DNA from: an uncultured Verrucomicrobiota bacterium
GTDB taxonomy: Bacteria; Verrucomicrobiota; Verrucomicrobiia; Limisphaerales; CAIMTB01
Assembly (NCBI GenBank): GCA_964389135.1
Contig: CAYMDA010000019.1
Coordinates: 9,103 to 73,102 of the forward strand
DNA length: 64,000 nt
Reading direction: 5' to 3'
Below the pieces are notes generated by a model. The model was not told where the DNA came from. It made no database searches and worked only from the letters and a program-made list of their open reading frames with translations. Each line of letters opens with the position of its first letter. Position 1 is the first letter of the stretch. Below, in pieces: positions 19,201 through 45,500 of the stretch. A program made the translations under genes and the position numbers.

Positions 19201-21512
19201 CCGGCGCGCCATGGCGCCAGGTGCTTCACGGCAGGATCCGGCAGGGCGAGCCGGACGCCGAGGTCATCCCTGCCGCGGAGGATCCGCACGCGCCTGCCAG
19301 CCTCTACGAGGAGGCGGCGGAACTTGGTGTCGTCTTTGATTCTGAACTGCGCGTTCTCGAGCGCGTCGAGGAGGGGCGCTGGACCAGCCGTGCGGAGCTC
19401 CGGCACGACGGCAGCGCAGGGACTTGCTTCGAGGGGATGACGCAGCTCGTGCGCATCGCCGCGGGCAAGGTTTTCCGAATCCGGCGGATCGGCGAAGTCG
19501 CGGTCGCGGGTTCCTCGGGCGGCTCCGCGCGCGTCGAAACCAGCGCGACATGGCGAGATGCCGTGGCCTGGGACGAGTGGATCGCGAACGCGGCGGTGCG
19601 CGGCGCCGCGGGTGAGCTGCTCGCGTGCATGCGCGGGATCGAACTGGAGCTCGAGGACGAGAACGTCGATGCGCCGGTGACACAGTGCGCGTGGGAGGAA
19701 ACCTGGAGGGCCGAGCCGCTCCCCGCGAAGGAGGTCGCGCCCGCAGGGCGGCGCTGGATCATCCTGGGTGATTCGCAGGGCGCCGCCGAGGAACTCGCGA
19801 GGCGGATGGAGCTCCGGGGCGCGACGGCGCGCCTCGTGGCGGAGGGGCAGGCGGTGGAATGGAATCCCGGGGACCGGTGGGACGGCGTGATCGTGATCGC
19901 GCAGGCCGGGGACTCCGCGGGTGGCCATGTGGCAGCCCGGGCGCGGGAGCGATTCGAACGCGCGCTGTCGCTGGTTCAGCCGCTGGTGCGGGTGGGATTC
20001 CATGAATCGCCACGCCTGTGGATGGTGACGTGCGGGGCCGAGCAGGTTCTCGAGAATGCGCCGTCGGAGGCGGCCCTCGAACTCAGCGGCATCCGTCCGC
20101 TGGGGCGGGTGGTCGCGCGGGAGCATCCCGAGCTGCGCTGCACCAACGTGGACCTCGGCCCGCGGGCGCAGGTCGCGGAGATCGAGGCGCTGATCGACTC
20201 CGTGTTGGGTGACGATCCCGAGGACGTGCTCGCGATCCGGGGGGGCGATCGTCTCGTGTGTCGGCTGGGGCCCGCCCAGACAAGGAACGAACCGGAGTGG
20301 CCCGTTCGGACGAACGGCGCCTACCTGATCACGGGCGGGCTCGGCGGACTCGGCCTCGGCATCGCTGCAAGACTCATTGAGCGAGGTGCGGGCAAGGTCG
20401 TGCTCGTCGGGCGGCGTGCGCCGGGCGCGGCTGCATGGAAAATCCTGCGGGAGCTGCAGGACGTGGCCGGGGAACGTGTCGAGGTTCGGTCGTGCGACGT
20501 GAGCGATCCCGCCCAGGTGCGCGAGCTTGTCTCGACCATTCACACCAGTGACCTGCCGCTCGTGGGCGTCATCCACGCCGCGGCTGTCAACGACGACCAG
20601 CTCGTTCGCGACATCACGCCGGATTGCACGGAACGCGTGTACGGCGGAAAGGCGTCGGGTGCATGGAACCTGCACGAGGCGACCCTGACCAAGCCGCTCG
20701 AGTGGTTCGTCCTCTTCTCGTCCATCGCGAGCGTGGTCCCGCAGCCGGGACACGGCAGCTACAGCGCGGCCAACGGGTTCCTCGACGCGCTCGCCGAGCA
20801 TCGGCGGGCGGCAGGCCTTCCGGCGGTCGCATTGCGGTGGGGGGTCTGGACCGCCACGGGATTGTGGAGCGAGGGATTACGCAAGACGGCGCGCGCCTAT
20901 CGCGCGCAGGGGATCGACCGTGTTCCGTCGCGGCTCGGCCATCGGGCGCTGGGGCTGGCAACGGCGTGGGAGGCCGCCCGCGTGGTGATCGCGCCATGGG
21001 ACCGGAGCCGGCTCGGCCGGTATGCGGCCGGCGGAGCGCCGGCGTCGCTGCTGCGTGGGCTGATGCCGGTTTCAGACGCGGCCGCGTCAGCGGGCGCACC
21101 GCCGCAGGGGATGCTCTCGACGCTCTTCGAGGTCGCCCCGGCGGACCGGGCGGGCGTGCTCGAGGAGCACGTGCGACAGACGCTGGGAAGGATTCTCAAG
21201 GTGAGACCGGAGCGGATCGATCCGACCCGTCCGATGGGCCAGCTCGGGCTGGATTCGGTGATGGGCCTCGAGCTTGTCCGGCGCCTGAGCGCGGACCTCG
21301 AGATGCGGCTGCCTGCCTCGCTCGTGTACAACCATCCGACGATCCGGCGGATCTCGACGCACCTCCTCGAGCGGCTGGAAGGCAATGCCCCGGCGACGGC
21401 GAGCCAGGCCTCGCCGGCTCCAGCCGTGCCGGTCGCTCCCGTCGGCGCGCAAGCGGCTCCCGATGTCTCGGACGCGGAGGCGCTGGCCGAACTCATGGGC
21501 GGCAGGGGCTGA
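16203..21512 (+). CDS. Type I PKS module 1: KS-AT-DH(degenerate)-KR-ACP
   Basis: KS 'DTGCSSS', 'HGPGT', 'NIGHLE'; AT 'GHSMG', 'VDVASH'; DH lacks HxxxGxxxxP His; KR 'TGGLGGLG', 'GHGSYSAAN'; ACP 'GLDSV'. Confidence 0.95.
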   Translation: MSSGERNQDCGRRQRDPIAIVGMACRFPGAPNTEEFWKLLNEGREAIAPYSERRGPFLDPVMTPEIERRGAIASLRGGFLPGIDGFDAEFFGLSPREAQLMDPQHRMLLELSWEALESAGIVPGSVRGSRTGVYVAQWTSDYEACLSETLDQVEFHATTGTGRYAASGRISFTFDFRGPALTLDTGCSSSLVAVHLASRALWNGDCEMALVGAANLILRPDVTLAYSAAGILSRDGRCKFGDAAADGYVRSEGGAVLVLKRLSRALADHDPIEAVILGSAVTSHGQGSGLMIRPGQEGLEAMLAAAWEDAGIDPAEVAYIEAHGPGTAAGDPVELGAIRRMLGDKPRSWPCLVGSVKTNIGHLEGAAGLAGLVKTVLALKRRRIPASLHLQTANPAIAWEPGIFQIPVSPVPWPSGTGPATAGVSSFGITGTTAHVVVREAPAHCAPRGSGQRGGFEGHQLLLLSAKSPTALRAVVQAHLDQALQPGVSLRDVCYTAAVRRTHHEFRAAFVARDVEGMRAELEAFLAGEDSRLRATGRAEVGLETRVAFVFPGQGSQWAGMGRDLLRSEPVFREAFEAADRAVGRCAGWSLMRLLQSDEEVAEIDRIQPLLFGLQVALHAMWKSWGVEASAVVGHSMGEVAAAYAAGALSLDDAARVVVSRSRLMREVSGRGGMAVLGLSAEEAAERLLPFGDRISVAAMNSPTSTVVSGDADAIAELVRSLQGTEVFCRAVNVDVASHSSHMEPLKVRLAAELEGIDPRAPGVPLCSTVTGRIEDGRMDPAYWGRNLREPVQFARAADVLLRQGCNLFIELSPHPVLLNGLNEVIAGSGRPARAIGSLRRNEPERAQMLRGLGDLFATGCPVDWSRLYPEGNLVPLPAYPWQRERFWFEEGARRHGVRAGTGGGLGERIEIASEPGLSVWSIDLRRRDALVVKGVRRCPVSMCLELVMEGVKSVWGLEPVVLADVVVGTEMDPAAETEVQLSVRREDTRGRFELRARQSGAPWRQVLHGRIRQGEPDAEVIPAAEDPHAPASLYEEAAELGVVFDSELRVLERVEEGRWTSRAELRHDGSAGTCFEGMTQLVRIAAGKVFRIRRIGEVAVAGSSGGSARVETSATWRDAVAWDEWIANAAVRGAAGELLACMRGIELELEDENVDAPVTQCAWEETWRAEPLPAKEVAPAGRRWIILGDSQGAAEELARRMELRGATARLVAEGQAVEWNPGDRWDGVIVIAQAGDSAGGHVAARARERFERALSLVQPLVRVGFHESPRLWMVTCGAEQVLENAPSEAALELSGIRPLGRVVAREHPELRCTNVDLGPRAQVAEIEALIDSVLGDDPEDVLAIRGGDRLVCRLGPAQTRNEPEWPVRTNGAYLITGGLGGLGLGIAARLIERGAGKVVLVGRRAPGAAAWKILRELQDVAGERVEVRSCDVSDPAQVRELVSTIHTSDLPLVGVIHAAAVNDDQLVRDITPDCTERVYGGKASGAWNLHEATLTKPLEWFVLFSSIASVVPQPGHGSYSAANGFLDALAEHRRAAGLPAVALRWGVWTATGLWSEGLRKTARAYRAQGIDRVPSRLGHRALGLATAWEAARVVIAPWDRSRLGRYAAGGAPASLLRGLMPVSDAAASAGAPPQGMLSTLFEVAPADRAGVLEEHVRQTLGRILKVRPERIDPTRPMGQLGLDSVMGLELVRRLSADLEMRLPASLVYNHPTIRRISTHLLERLEGNAPATASQASPAPAVPVAPVGAQAAPDVSDAEALAELMGGRG

Positions 21513-21536
21513 CATGTCGGTGGAGTTCTTCCTGAA

Positions 21537-27877
<6,341 letters not shown>

Positions 27878-27881
<4 letters not shown>

Positions 27882-30800
27882 ATTCAGGAGATTCGGTGGT
27901 GAAACGGGCGCTGGCCGAAATCCGCCAGCTCAAGGCGCGACTCGCGGAAGCGGAGCGCGGCGGGCGTGAGCCGGTGGCGATTGTCGGAATGGGCATGCGT
28001 TTCCCCGGTGGATGCGAGAGCCCTGAGGCATTCTGGGACCTGCTCGAGAACGGGCGCTGCGCGATCGGGCCGATCCCGCCGGAGCGCTGGGATGTCGATG
28101 CGTACTACCACGCCGATCCGGATGCCCCGGGGCGCATGACCGTGCGCGAAGGCGGCTTCCTTCCGGATGTCGATGCCTTCGACGCGGAGCTCTTCGGCAT
28201 CTCACCGCGCGAGGCGGCCAGCATGGACCCGCAGCAGCGGATGCTGCTCGAGGTTTCGTGGGAGGCGCTCGAGCACGCGGGATTCAATCCGCACGGCCTT
28301 GATCAGTCCGAGAGCGGCGTCTTCTTCGGGCTGAGCAACAGCGACTACGCCCGGCTCGCCCTGCGCGACGTTGAACGGGTGGATGCCTATTCGAGCACGG
28401 GCAACCTGCTGTGCGTCGCGGCGGGACGCCTTTCGTACGTGCTCGGCCTGCAGGGGCCGAGCCTCGTGGTGGACACCGCGTGCTCCTCGTCCTTGGTCGC
28501 ACTGCACCTCGCGGTGCAGTCCCTCCGGAGATCCGAGTGCAACCTCGCGATCGCCGGCGGCGTGAGCCTGATGCTGACGCCGGAGATCCACGTCAATTTC
28601 TCGAAGGCGCGCATGCTCTCGGCGAGCGGGCGTTGCCGGAGCTTCGATGCCTCGGCGGACGGCTACGTGCGCTCGGAGGGATGCGGGGTCGTGGTGCTGA
28701 AGAGGCTTTCGGACGCGCTGCGGTCTGGCGACAGGATCTGGGCCGTGGTGCGTGGCTCGGCCGTCAACCAGGACGGCCGCAGCGGCGGCCTGACCGTTCC
28801 CAACGGCCGCGCCCAGGAAGCGGTCGTCCGCCGCGCGCTCGCCGATGCCGGCATCGAACCTGCCTCCGTGGACTACATCGAGGCCCACGGCACAGGAACC
28901 TCGCTCGGAGATCCGATCGAGATGCACGCGTTGAGCGCGGTCTTCAGCCCGCGCGCGCGGCCGCTTCTCGTCGGTTCCGTGAAATCGAACCTCGGACACA
29001 CGGAATCGGCAGCGGGCATCGCGGGCGTCATCAAGACCGTGCTCGCGATGCATCACGGACGAGTGCCCGCCAGCCTGCATTTCGAGCGCCTGAACCCGCG
29101 GATCGAGCTGAACGGGGCGCCGATCGAGGTGCCGGCCTCGCGGCGCGACTGGATTCCCGCGGAGGGTGTCCGTCGTGCCGGCGTGAGCGCGTTCGGCTTC
29201 AGTGGCACGAATGCGCACGTGGTTCTCGAGCAGGCGCCCGCGCCGGAACCGCGTGAGGGCCGTCCCGAATGGCCCGCCCATCTTCTTTGTCTGTCCGCCC
29301 GGACCCCCGAGATGCTGGATGTCCTCAGGGACCGGCACGCGCGATTCCTTGCCGAACATCCGGAAACCGATCCGGCGGATTACTGCTTCACGATCAATGC
29401 CGGGCGCGCGGCGCACGCGCATCGCCTCGCGGTGATCGGGGCCGACACTGCCGGGCTGCGGCAGGCCCTCGAACGCTCGGAGTCGGGCGCAGCGTCTGTC
29501 GCCACCGGAGAGCCGCGGGTGGCCTTCCTTTTTCCCGGCGAGTCGGCCGGGTGCTCCGCGATGGGTCGGCAGCTCCACGAGGCGCACCCGGTCTTCGGCA
29601 AGACAATCGACGAATGCGCGACGGCGCTGGGACGGATCCACCGTGCCGACCTCAAGACTGCGGTCTTCGAGGGGGCCGGCGCGGATGTGCCGCTGGCGCA
29701 TGCCGCGGCCTTCGCGGTCGAGCTCGGGCTGGCGCGTCTGTGGCAGGCGTGGGGGGTGAAGCCCGCCTGGGTTTCGGGTGCCGGCATCGGCGGTTACGTG
29801 GCGGCGTGCATCGCCGGCATCTGGAGCGTGGACGTGGCGCTCGAACTGGTGATCCGCCGGGCAGCGATGATCGCGGCGTCCGGAGATGCGGATGCAGACT
29901 CGCGCATTGCATCCGCTGCGGACCAGGCCGGCTTCGGTTCGATGGACACGGGATGGGTCTGCGCGACTTCAGGACAGGTGCTGACGCGTGAACAGGTCGC
30001 CGGGGGCGCCTACTGGGCGCGGGCGGCGGGCGCCGGAAGCGGGCAGCCCGCGAACTGGAGCGCGGTCGTGGAGGCGCTCCGCGCCGCGGGGTGCACCGCG
30101 ATTGTCGTGGTTGGCCCGCGCCTTCCGGAATGCGAGCCGGCCGCTGCCGCCGAGGCGCTGGCCTGCGCGCGGGGAATCGATCGGCAGGAAGGTGAGTGGA
30201 TGGGATTGCTCCGCGGCCTTCGCGAACTCTGGACGCGCGGTGCGACCGTGGACTGGGAGGCGTTCGCGGCGCCCGTGATGCCGCGGCGGATTCCCGCTCC
30301 CGTCTCCGTGTTCGAGCGCGGGCGGTACTGGCTCGAGGGCGTCGGTCCGGTGAAGTCCGCGCGCGTCGCGGATCGCTGGGAGATCATGGTCCGGGAGGCC
30401 GCCGTCGAGGCGCGGCGGTCCATCGACGGTCGGGATGTCGCCGGGTACGGGCTCCTCTGGGACGGTCTGAGGGGAATCGCGCGCGCCGCCATCCGGCAAA
30501 CCCTGCACGCGTGCGGCCTGTTCCGCAGCGCGGGAGAGCGGCGCACTGCCGCGGAAGTGCTCGAGGACGGGGCTTTCGCGCCCAACTACGGAAAGCTCGT
30601 TCGCCGCTGGCTGCAGACGCTGACCGAGGCCGGGGATCTGGTCGCGGAGCCCGACGGAACGTACCGATCCGTCGAGGCCTTCGACTCCGGCCCGTCGCCG
30701 GAGAAGCTGCTCGAGGCGGCCGAGGGCCTGTTCTCGAACGAACCCGGCATGCGCGAATACGTGGGCGCCTGCGTGTCGGCGCTGAGGTCGGTCGTCACGG

Positions 30801-32011
30801 GACGCCTGAGCGCGCTCGAGACGCTGTTCCCTGGAGGGAGCTTCGCACGCGCGGAGGGCATCTATCAGCACTCGCCCCTCGCGCGCTACTTCCATCAAAT
30901 CGCGGGCGGGGTCGTGCGGGGCCTCGTGAGCGGACGTGGGGGATCGCTGTGCGCCCTCGAGGTGGGCGGCGGCACGGGCGCGATCACCGCATCCGTGCTC
31001 AATGAATTGCCCGCGGGCAGGACGATCTATCACTTCACCGACGTCTCGAAGCTCTTCCTGCAGAAGACGGCGGCCAAGTATGCCGCGCACGGCTTCGTCC
31101 GCTACGGCCTGTTCGATCTCGAACGCGATCCGGCGGAGCAGGGTTTCCGGGAGGAATCGATGGACCTCGTGGTCGCGTCGAACGTGCTCCACGCGGTGCG
31201 CGATCTTCGCCAGGCGCTGGAGCGCGTGCGGCGTCTCCTGCGTCCGGGCGGAGTGCTGCTGATCCACGAGGCCACCCGCTACCTTGCCTGGTACGACGTC
31301 ACGGTCGCGCTGATCGAGGCATGGGACGCCTTCGATGACGGCATCCGCGGAGTGCATCCGCTGCTGCCGCCCGCGCGGTGGGAGGAGTTGCTGCTCGAGG
31401 CCGGTTTCGCGCGCGCCACGTCGCTCCCCGGGGCGGGCGAGGAGGGTTCGCTGCTCGGCCAGCACATCATCGTGGGATGCGCCCCCGGAATTACCGTGGA
31501 GGCCAGTCCCATCCCGGTGGGTCAGGCGGCCGCGCCCTCGAGCGTGCCGGTGCTCGACACCCGCGCGAAGGAGGTTGACGACCTGCGCGGGAGGCTGGAG
31601 CAGGCCTCGCAGGTTGAACGGCGCGAGATGCTCGTGGATGTCGTCCGCACGGAAGTGGCGGCGATTCTTCAGTTGCCTCCCGACAAGAGGGTCGATCGCG
31701 CCGCGCGGCTGATGGACCTCGGGCTGGATTCCCTGATGGCACTGGAACTGCGTACACGGCTGCAGCGCGCGGTCGGTGTCGACGGGTTGAGCGCCACCAT
31801 GGTCTTCGATCATCCGACGGTGGACGCCGTGGCGCGGTATCTCGAGGGCGAGCTGTGGGAAGGAGAGGCGCCGGCCGCGCCGGAGACCGCGCCCCCGGAC
31901 TGGCGCGCGGGCCGTGGCGCAGCGACGGCGGCACCGTCGATCGTCGAACGGGTCTCGGGAATGTCAGAGGACGAGGCGGAAGCCGAGCTTCTGAAACGGC
32001 TCGGGGTGTAG
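27878..32011 (+). CDS. Type I PKS module 3: KS-AT(inactive, internally deleted)-C-MT-ACP
   Basis: Intact KS triad; AT GHSxG replaced by 'GAGIG' and the HAFH region missing; MT 'LEVGGGTG...YHFTDVS...SNVLHA'; ACP 'GLDSL'. Confidence 0.93.
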
Positions 32012-32025
32012 CGAATCGGAAGCGA

Positions 32026-39543
<7,518 letters not shown>

Positions 39544-39549
39544 AATCGC

Positions 39550-42500
39550 ATGAGCGAGTTGCTGCAGAGACTGGAGAAGCTGTCGCCCCGCCGCCTGGCG
39601 CTGATGGTGGCGGAGTTGCAGGGGCGCCTGGAGAAGGCGGCCGCAATCAGCGAACCGATCGCGGTCATCGGAATCGGGTGCCGCCTTCCGGGCGGGGTGA
39701 CCGGGCCGGACTCCTTCTGGCGCCTGCTGATCGAGGGCCGCGACGCGATTCGCGAAGTGCCCCCGGATCGCTGGGACATCGACGCGTACTACGATCCGGA
39801 CCCGGATGCTCCCGGCAAGATGGCCACGCGCTGGGGCGGCTTCATCGAGGGGCTCGAAGGATTCGACGCCGCATTCTTCGGCATCTCTCCGCGGGAGGCA
39901 TCCGGGATGGATCCCCAGCAGCGGCACCTGCTGGAGGTTTGCTGGGAGGCTCTCGAGCACGCCGGCCAGTCACCCGAGCGCCTGAGCGGCAGTTCGACCG
40001 CCGTTTACGTCGGGATGAGCACGGCGGACTACCACCAGATGCTCCTGTCGCGCGGCATCGAGGCGGTGGATGCGTACCTCGCGACCGGCAGCGCGCACAG
40101 CATCGCCGCCGGGCGCGTGGCGTACTGCCTCGGCCTGCACGGTCCGAACCTCGCGGTGGACACCGCGTGCTCGTCCTCGCTCGTCGCGATTCATCTCGCC
40201 TGCCAGGCGCTGCGGAACCGGGAGTGCAACCTCGCGCTGGCCGGCGGCGTGAACGCGCTGCTGAGTCCCGCGACCACGGTGACATTGTCGAAGGCCCGCA
40301 TGATGGCGCCGGACGGACGCTGCAAGGCGTTCGACGAGGCCGCGGACGGGTTCGTGCGCGCCGAGGGCTGCGGCGTCGTGGCGTTGAAGCGCCTCTCGGA
40401 CGCCCTCGCCAGCGGGGATCCGATCCTCTGCGTGATCCGGGGTTCCGCGGTCAACCAGGACGGCCGCAGCAGCGGCATCACCGCTCCGAACGGCGCCGCC
40501 CAGGAAAGGGTCATCCGCCATGCGCTCGCGGCGGCGGGCGCACGTCCGGACGACGTCGGCTACGTGGAGACGCACGGCACGGGAACCTCGCTGGGCGATC
40601 CCATCGAGGCGCACGCCCTCGCCGCCGTGTTCCGCGGAAGCCGCGAGAAGTCGGGGCCGCTGGTCATCGGATCGGCCAAGACGAATGTCGGCCACCTCGA
40701 ATCCGCGGCCGGCGTGGTCGGATTCATCAAGGCCGCGCTCTGCGTGGCCCACGGGGAAATCCCGCCCCAGCTTCATTTCCGACGGCTGAATCCGCACATC
40801 ATGCTCGACGGCGCCCGCATCGAGGTGGCCGACAGGCTCCGGCCGTGGACGGGAGCCGCGCGTCTCGCGGGTGTGAGTTCGTTCGGGTTCAGCGGAACGA
40901 ACGCCCACATCATCCTCGGACCGGCGCCGGAGCGGGAAGCGCCGGTGAACGCGGTCGAACGTCCGCAGCATCTGCTCGCGCTCTCCGCGCGCAGCGAGTC
41001 CGCGCTCCGCGCCCTGGTGGATCGCTACCGACAGGATCTCGCGGCGCATCCCGGGCTCGCCGCCGCCGACGTTTGCCACACGGCAGGTGCGGGTCGCTCG
41101 CACTTCGCGTTCCGGACGACGGTGACCGGCCGGAACGTCGAGGAGCTTCTTTCCGGTCTTGCCTCCTGCCAGGTCTCGGAAGGGCCCGGGCGCGCGGAGG
41201 TCGTGTTCCTGTTCCCCGGGCAGGGAGCGGCGTATCGCGGCATGGGGCGCGAACTGCACGAGACGCAGCCGGTGTTCCGCGCCGCCCTTGAGCGGTGCGC
41301 GGCACTCTTCGAGGCGCAGGGAATCGGCGGGCTCCTGAGGGGCATCATCGGCGACGGCGAGCCGAATCCGCGGCATGCGCAGGCGGAGCTGTTCGCGATC
41401 GAACATGCCCTCGCCGAGCTGTGGATGAGCTGGGGAGTGCGTCCCGCGGCGGTCGCGGGTCACAGCCTCGGTGAGTACGCCGCGGCGTGCGTCGCGGGTG
41501 TCCTGAGTCTCGAGGACGCCTGCGCCCTCGTGGCCCTGCGCGGTGAGCGGATGGCCGCGCTGACGGGCAGCGGCACGATGAGCGCCATCCTCGCCGACGA
41601 GGCGACGGTGCGCGCCGCGGTCGAACGACTCGGATTGGGTGTGGAGATCGCGGCGTTGAACGCGCCCCGCAACACGGTCGTCAGCGGAGACGCGGGCGAG
41701 ATCGTGGCGCTCGAGCGCGACATGACGGACTCGGGCTTCGCCGTGCGACGGCTGGACGTGACCGGCGCGTTTCACTCGCGGCTGGTGGAACCGATGCTCG
41801 AGGAGTTCGAGCGGAGGGCGGCCGCGGTGACCTACTCCGCGCCGGAGATCCCGTTCTTCTCGACGGTGACAGGCGCCGAGATCGGACTCGAGGAGATCGG
41901 CACCGGCCGGTACTGGGCCCGTCAGATCCGGCACACGGTGCGATTCGCCCCGGCGATGAGCGCCCTGCTCCAGGCGGGTCAGCGGGTGTTCCTCGAGGTG
42001 GGCCCCGGCACGACCCTGTGCGGCCTTGGCCGCGAGGTCTCCGGCGGAGCATCCGCCGTCTTCCATGCCTCGATCCGGCGTGGGCGCGGGGACTGGACCC
42101 AGTTGCTCGACGCGCTCGCCGGCCTCTACCGCGCGGGCTTCAGGATCGACTGGGAAGGCTTCGATCGCCCCTACCGCCGCCGCAAGGTTGCGCTGCCCAC
42201 CTACCCGTTCGAGCACCGGACCTTCCCTCTGCCCGCCCCATGCGAGGTGGCGCGTGCCACGGGAACGCCGTCACGGACATCGCGCGCCCTGGGCGTGCGC
42301 CTGCCGACCGCCGTGCCCACCTTCGAGGTCTCGCTCGGCGGCGCCGAGTTCGCCTACCTCCGCCAGCACAAGGTCCAGGGTCGCGCCGTGGTGGCGGGAT
42401 CGTTCTTTCTTGAGATGGCGCTGGGCGCGGCGAGCGAGCTCGCCGGACCGACCGATGTCCGGGAAGTCCAGTGGCACGCACCGCTCGTGTTCGCTTCCGA

Positions 42501-45500
42501 GGATGCGGCTCCGACCGTTCAGCTCGTCGTTCCGGACGCGGCGCGCCGCGAGTTTCGCATTCTTTCGCGCACGGACTCGGAGTGGCGGCTGCACGTCACG
42601 GGAAGGTTTGCCGACGCGACCGCCGCCCTTGAGTCCGCGGGCGCGCACGTGTCATGGAACGATGGCGCCGACCTCCGGGATGCCGGTGCCGAAGCCTTCT
42701 TCGAGACGCTGGCTGAGAACGGAATCGAGCTCGGGCCCGATTTTCGCGCGATGCGGACGCTCGCGCTCGGGACGGACGTCGCGCGCCTTGAGGTCGAGAC
42801 GGACCTGCGTGAGGCGGATCACGTCGTTCATCCCGTGGTGCTCGATGCAGTGCTGCAGGGTTTCGGAGCGCTGCTCGCGCGGGACGCCAGCGCGGCTGCA
42901 TCTCTCCTTTCGCATGTGGGCGGGCTGCGCGTGACGCGGCCGCTGCGCGGCCGCGTGATCGTCACCGTCCGGACCCGGCGGGACGGAGGAGCTGTCGTCG
43001 GGGACGCGCGCGTCACCGACGCCTCGGGCGAGGTGGTCATGGAGCTCCGGGACATCCGGGTCAGCCGTTCGCCGATCGCCGCCGGGAGGGGCGGAATGGA
43101 ACACCTCCGAATGGCGTGGCTTCCGCGTCCTCGTCCGAACAAGGGCACCGGCGGGCTCCCGAAGCTGCCGGACCCCGCGGAGCTGGCTTCGCCGCTGGAC
43201 GAGATCGGGGCCCGACTCAGCGTCGAGACGGGTTTCGCGACCTATCCCGAGTTCTCGGCGCGCCTCGACCGGGTCTGCTCGGTCCATGTGGCGCGTGCAC
43301 TCACGGAGCTCGGCATCGAATTCGTGCCGGGTCGGCGGATCTCCCGCGAGGCATGGATCGCGGCCGGAATCGTGGAACGGCATGCGCGTCTCGTGCCGCG
43401 GCTGTTCGAGATCCTGGCCGAGGACGGATTCCTTCGTGTCGAGGGCGATGGCTGGGTCGTGCAGCGCGCACCGGAGCTCGATGCGCCCGAACTGTCGGGC
43501 GGCCCGTTCGACGCCGAGGCGGTGCTGGCACAGCGGTGCGGCTCGCGCCTGGCCGACGTGCTCCGGGGCGTCGCCGATCCGTTGACACTGCTCTTCCCCG
43601 CCGGCGCGGTGGGCGAGGCGGACCGGCTGTACACCGATTCACCGAGCGCCCGCGTCTTCAACACGCTGGCCACGCGCGCGGTGCAGGAAGCCCTGAACAG
43701 CGCACCGGACCGTGCCGACTGGCGGGTGCTCGAGATCGGAGCGGGGACGGGCGGCACCACCGCCTACGTTCTGCCGGCAATTGCCGGTCGGGTCCGCGAG
43801 TACGTGTTCACCGATGTCTCGCCCGCCTTCCTTTCCCGCGCGCAGGAGCGCTTCGGCGCGCATTCCTGCCTGCGCACCGAGCTCCTTAACGTCGAGGACT
43901 CGCCCTCCGTGGAAGCCGATGGGGTGGGGGGCGACTTCGATGTCGTCATCGCGGCCAATGTGCTGCACGCCACGGCCGACCTGCGGGAGGCTGTGAGGCA
44001 CGCGGCCGCGCGAGTGCGGCCCGGCGGCTGGCTCGTGCTTCTCGAGGGCACGCGGCCCGAGCGGTGGGTCGATCTGACGTTCGGCCTCACCGAAGGCTGG
44101 TGGCGCTTCCGGGATCCGGACCTTCGCGCGAGCGGACCCCTGGTGGGGCCTGATGTCTGGGAACGGGTCCTCCGCGAGTGCGGCTTCGAGCGCACGCTCG
44201 CACTGCGTGTCGGCGACAGCCAGCAGGTGCTGCTCGTCGCGAGGGCGCCGGAGCGTGCGGCGGACGCCGGCGCATGGTGGATCATTCCCGACACCGGCGG
44301 GATCGCGCACAAGGCGCTCGCGGAGTTTCGTCGCCGCGGCGTCCGCTGCGAGATCCGTTCCGGCCCGGTCGCCGCGGACGGGGCGGAACCGCCATTCGGA
44401 CTGCTCGATTTCCGCCCGCTCGATCTGCGCGGCTGGCCTGAAGCGGCCGGCGTGCAGGAGGCGGGAAGACTCGCGTGCGAATCCCTGCTCGAGGACGTGA
44501 GGGAGCTCAGTCGCCGGCCGGAAACCTCCACGCGCCTCTGGATGGTGACACGAGGCGCCGTCGCGGCCACGGACGATGAACCCGGGCTCTCACCCGCGCA
44601 GGCGATGACGTGGGGCCTGGCGAAGTCCGTCGCGCTCGAAGCGCCCGGGTGCTGGGGCGGCATCATCGATCTCGATCCGGGGGATCCGGATGCCGCCTGC
44701 GTCGGGGACCTGGTCGACGAGGTATTGCATCCGGACCCCGATTACGAGGTCGCGTTCCGCGGCGGGCGAAGGCTCGTTCCAAGGCTCGTGCGCGATGCGG
44801 CCCCGCCTCCCGGGGCGCCGGTGATCGCGGCCTCGGGCGCATACGTCGTGACCGGGGGACTCGGGGCGCTCGGTCTCAAGGTGGCCCGCTGGCTCGTGGA
44901 ACGCGGTGCCCGGCAGCTGGTCCTTGCGGGACGCACGGGCCTGCCCGATCGGAATCGCTGGGCCGGCCTCGACGGCGACGGCCGGGAGGCGCGACGCGTT
45001 CGCGCCGTCCAGGAGATCGAGGCCATGGGGGCGCAGGTGCGTGTACTCACGCTCGACCTCGGAGACGCCAGCGCCGTCACCGAGGCGCTGGGCGAGCTCG
45101 AACGCGAGGGCCTCCGGATTCGCGGGATCGTTCACGCCGCGGCGCACCTTGCCTCCGCGGACGTGCTCGCGATGAGCACGTCTGAACTGCGCGCGATGCT
45201 TGCCCCGAAGGTCGCGGGCTCGCTTGCGCTCGCGGAATACGCGGCCGCGCGGCCGCTCGACTTCGTGGTCTTCTTCTCCTCCACGACGGCCCTGCTGGGC
45301 GCGCGCGGTCTCGGGCACTACGCGGCGGCGAACCAGTTCATGGACGTCCTTGCCGAGGCGGGCCGTCGGAGGGGCATGCCGCTGCTGTCGGTCAACTGGG
45401 GAATCTGGGATGACATGTCGGCCGCATCCGATGCGAGCCGGGCGGAAACGCTGCGGTCAGGGCTCGTGCCGATCGCATCCGCGGAGGCCCTGGAGGCGAT

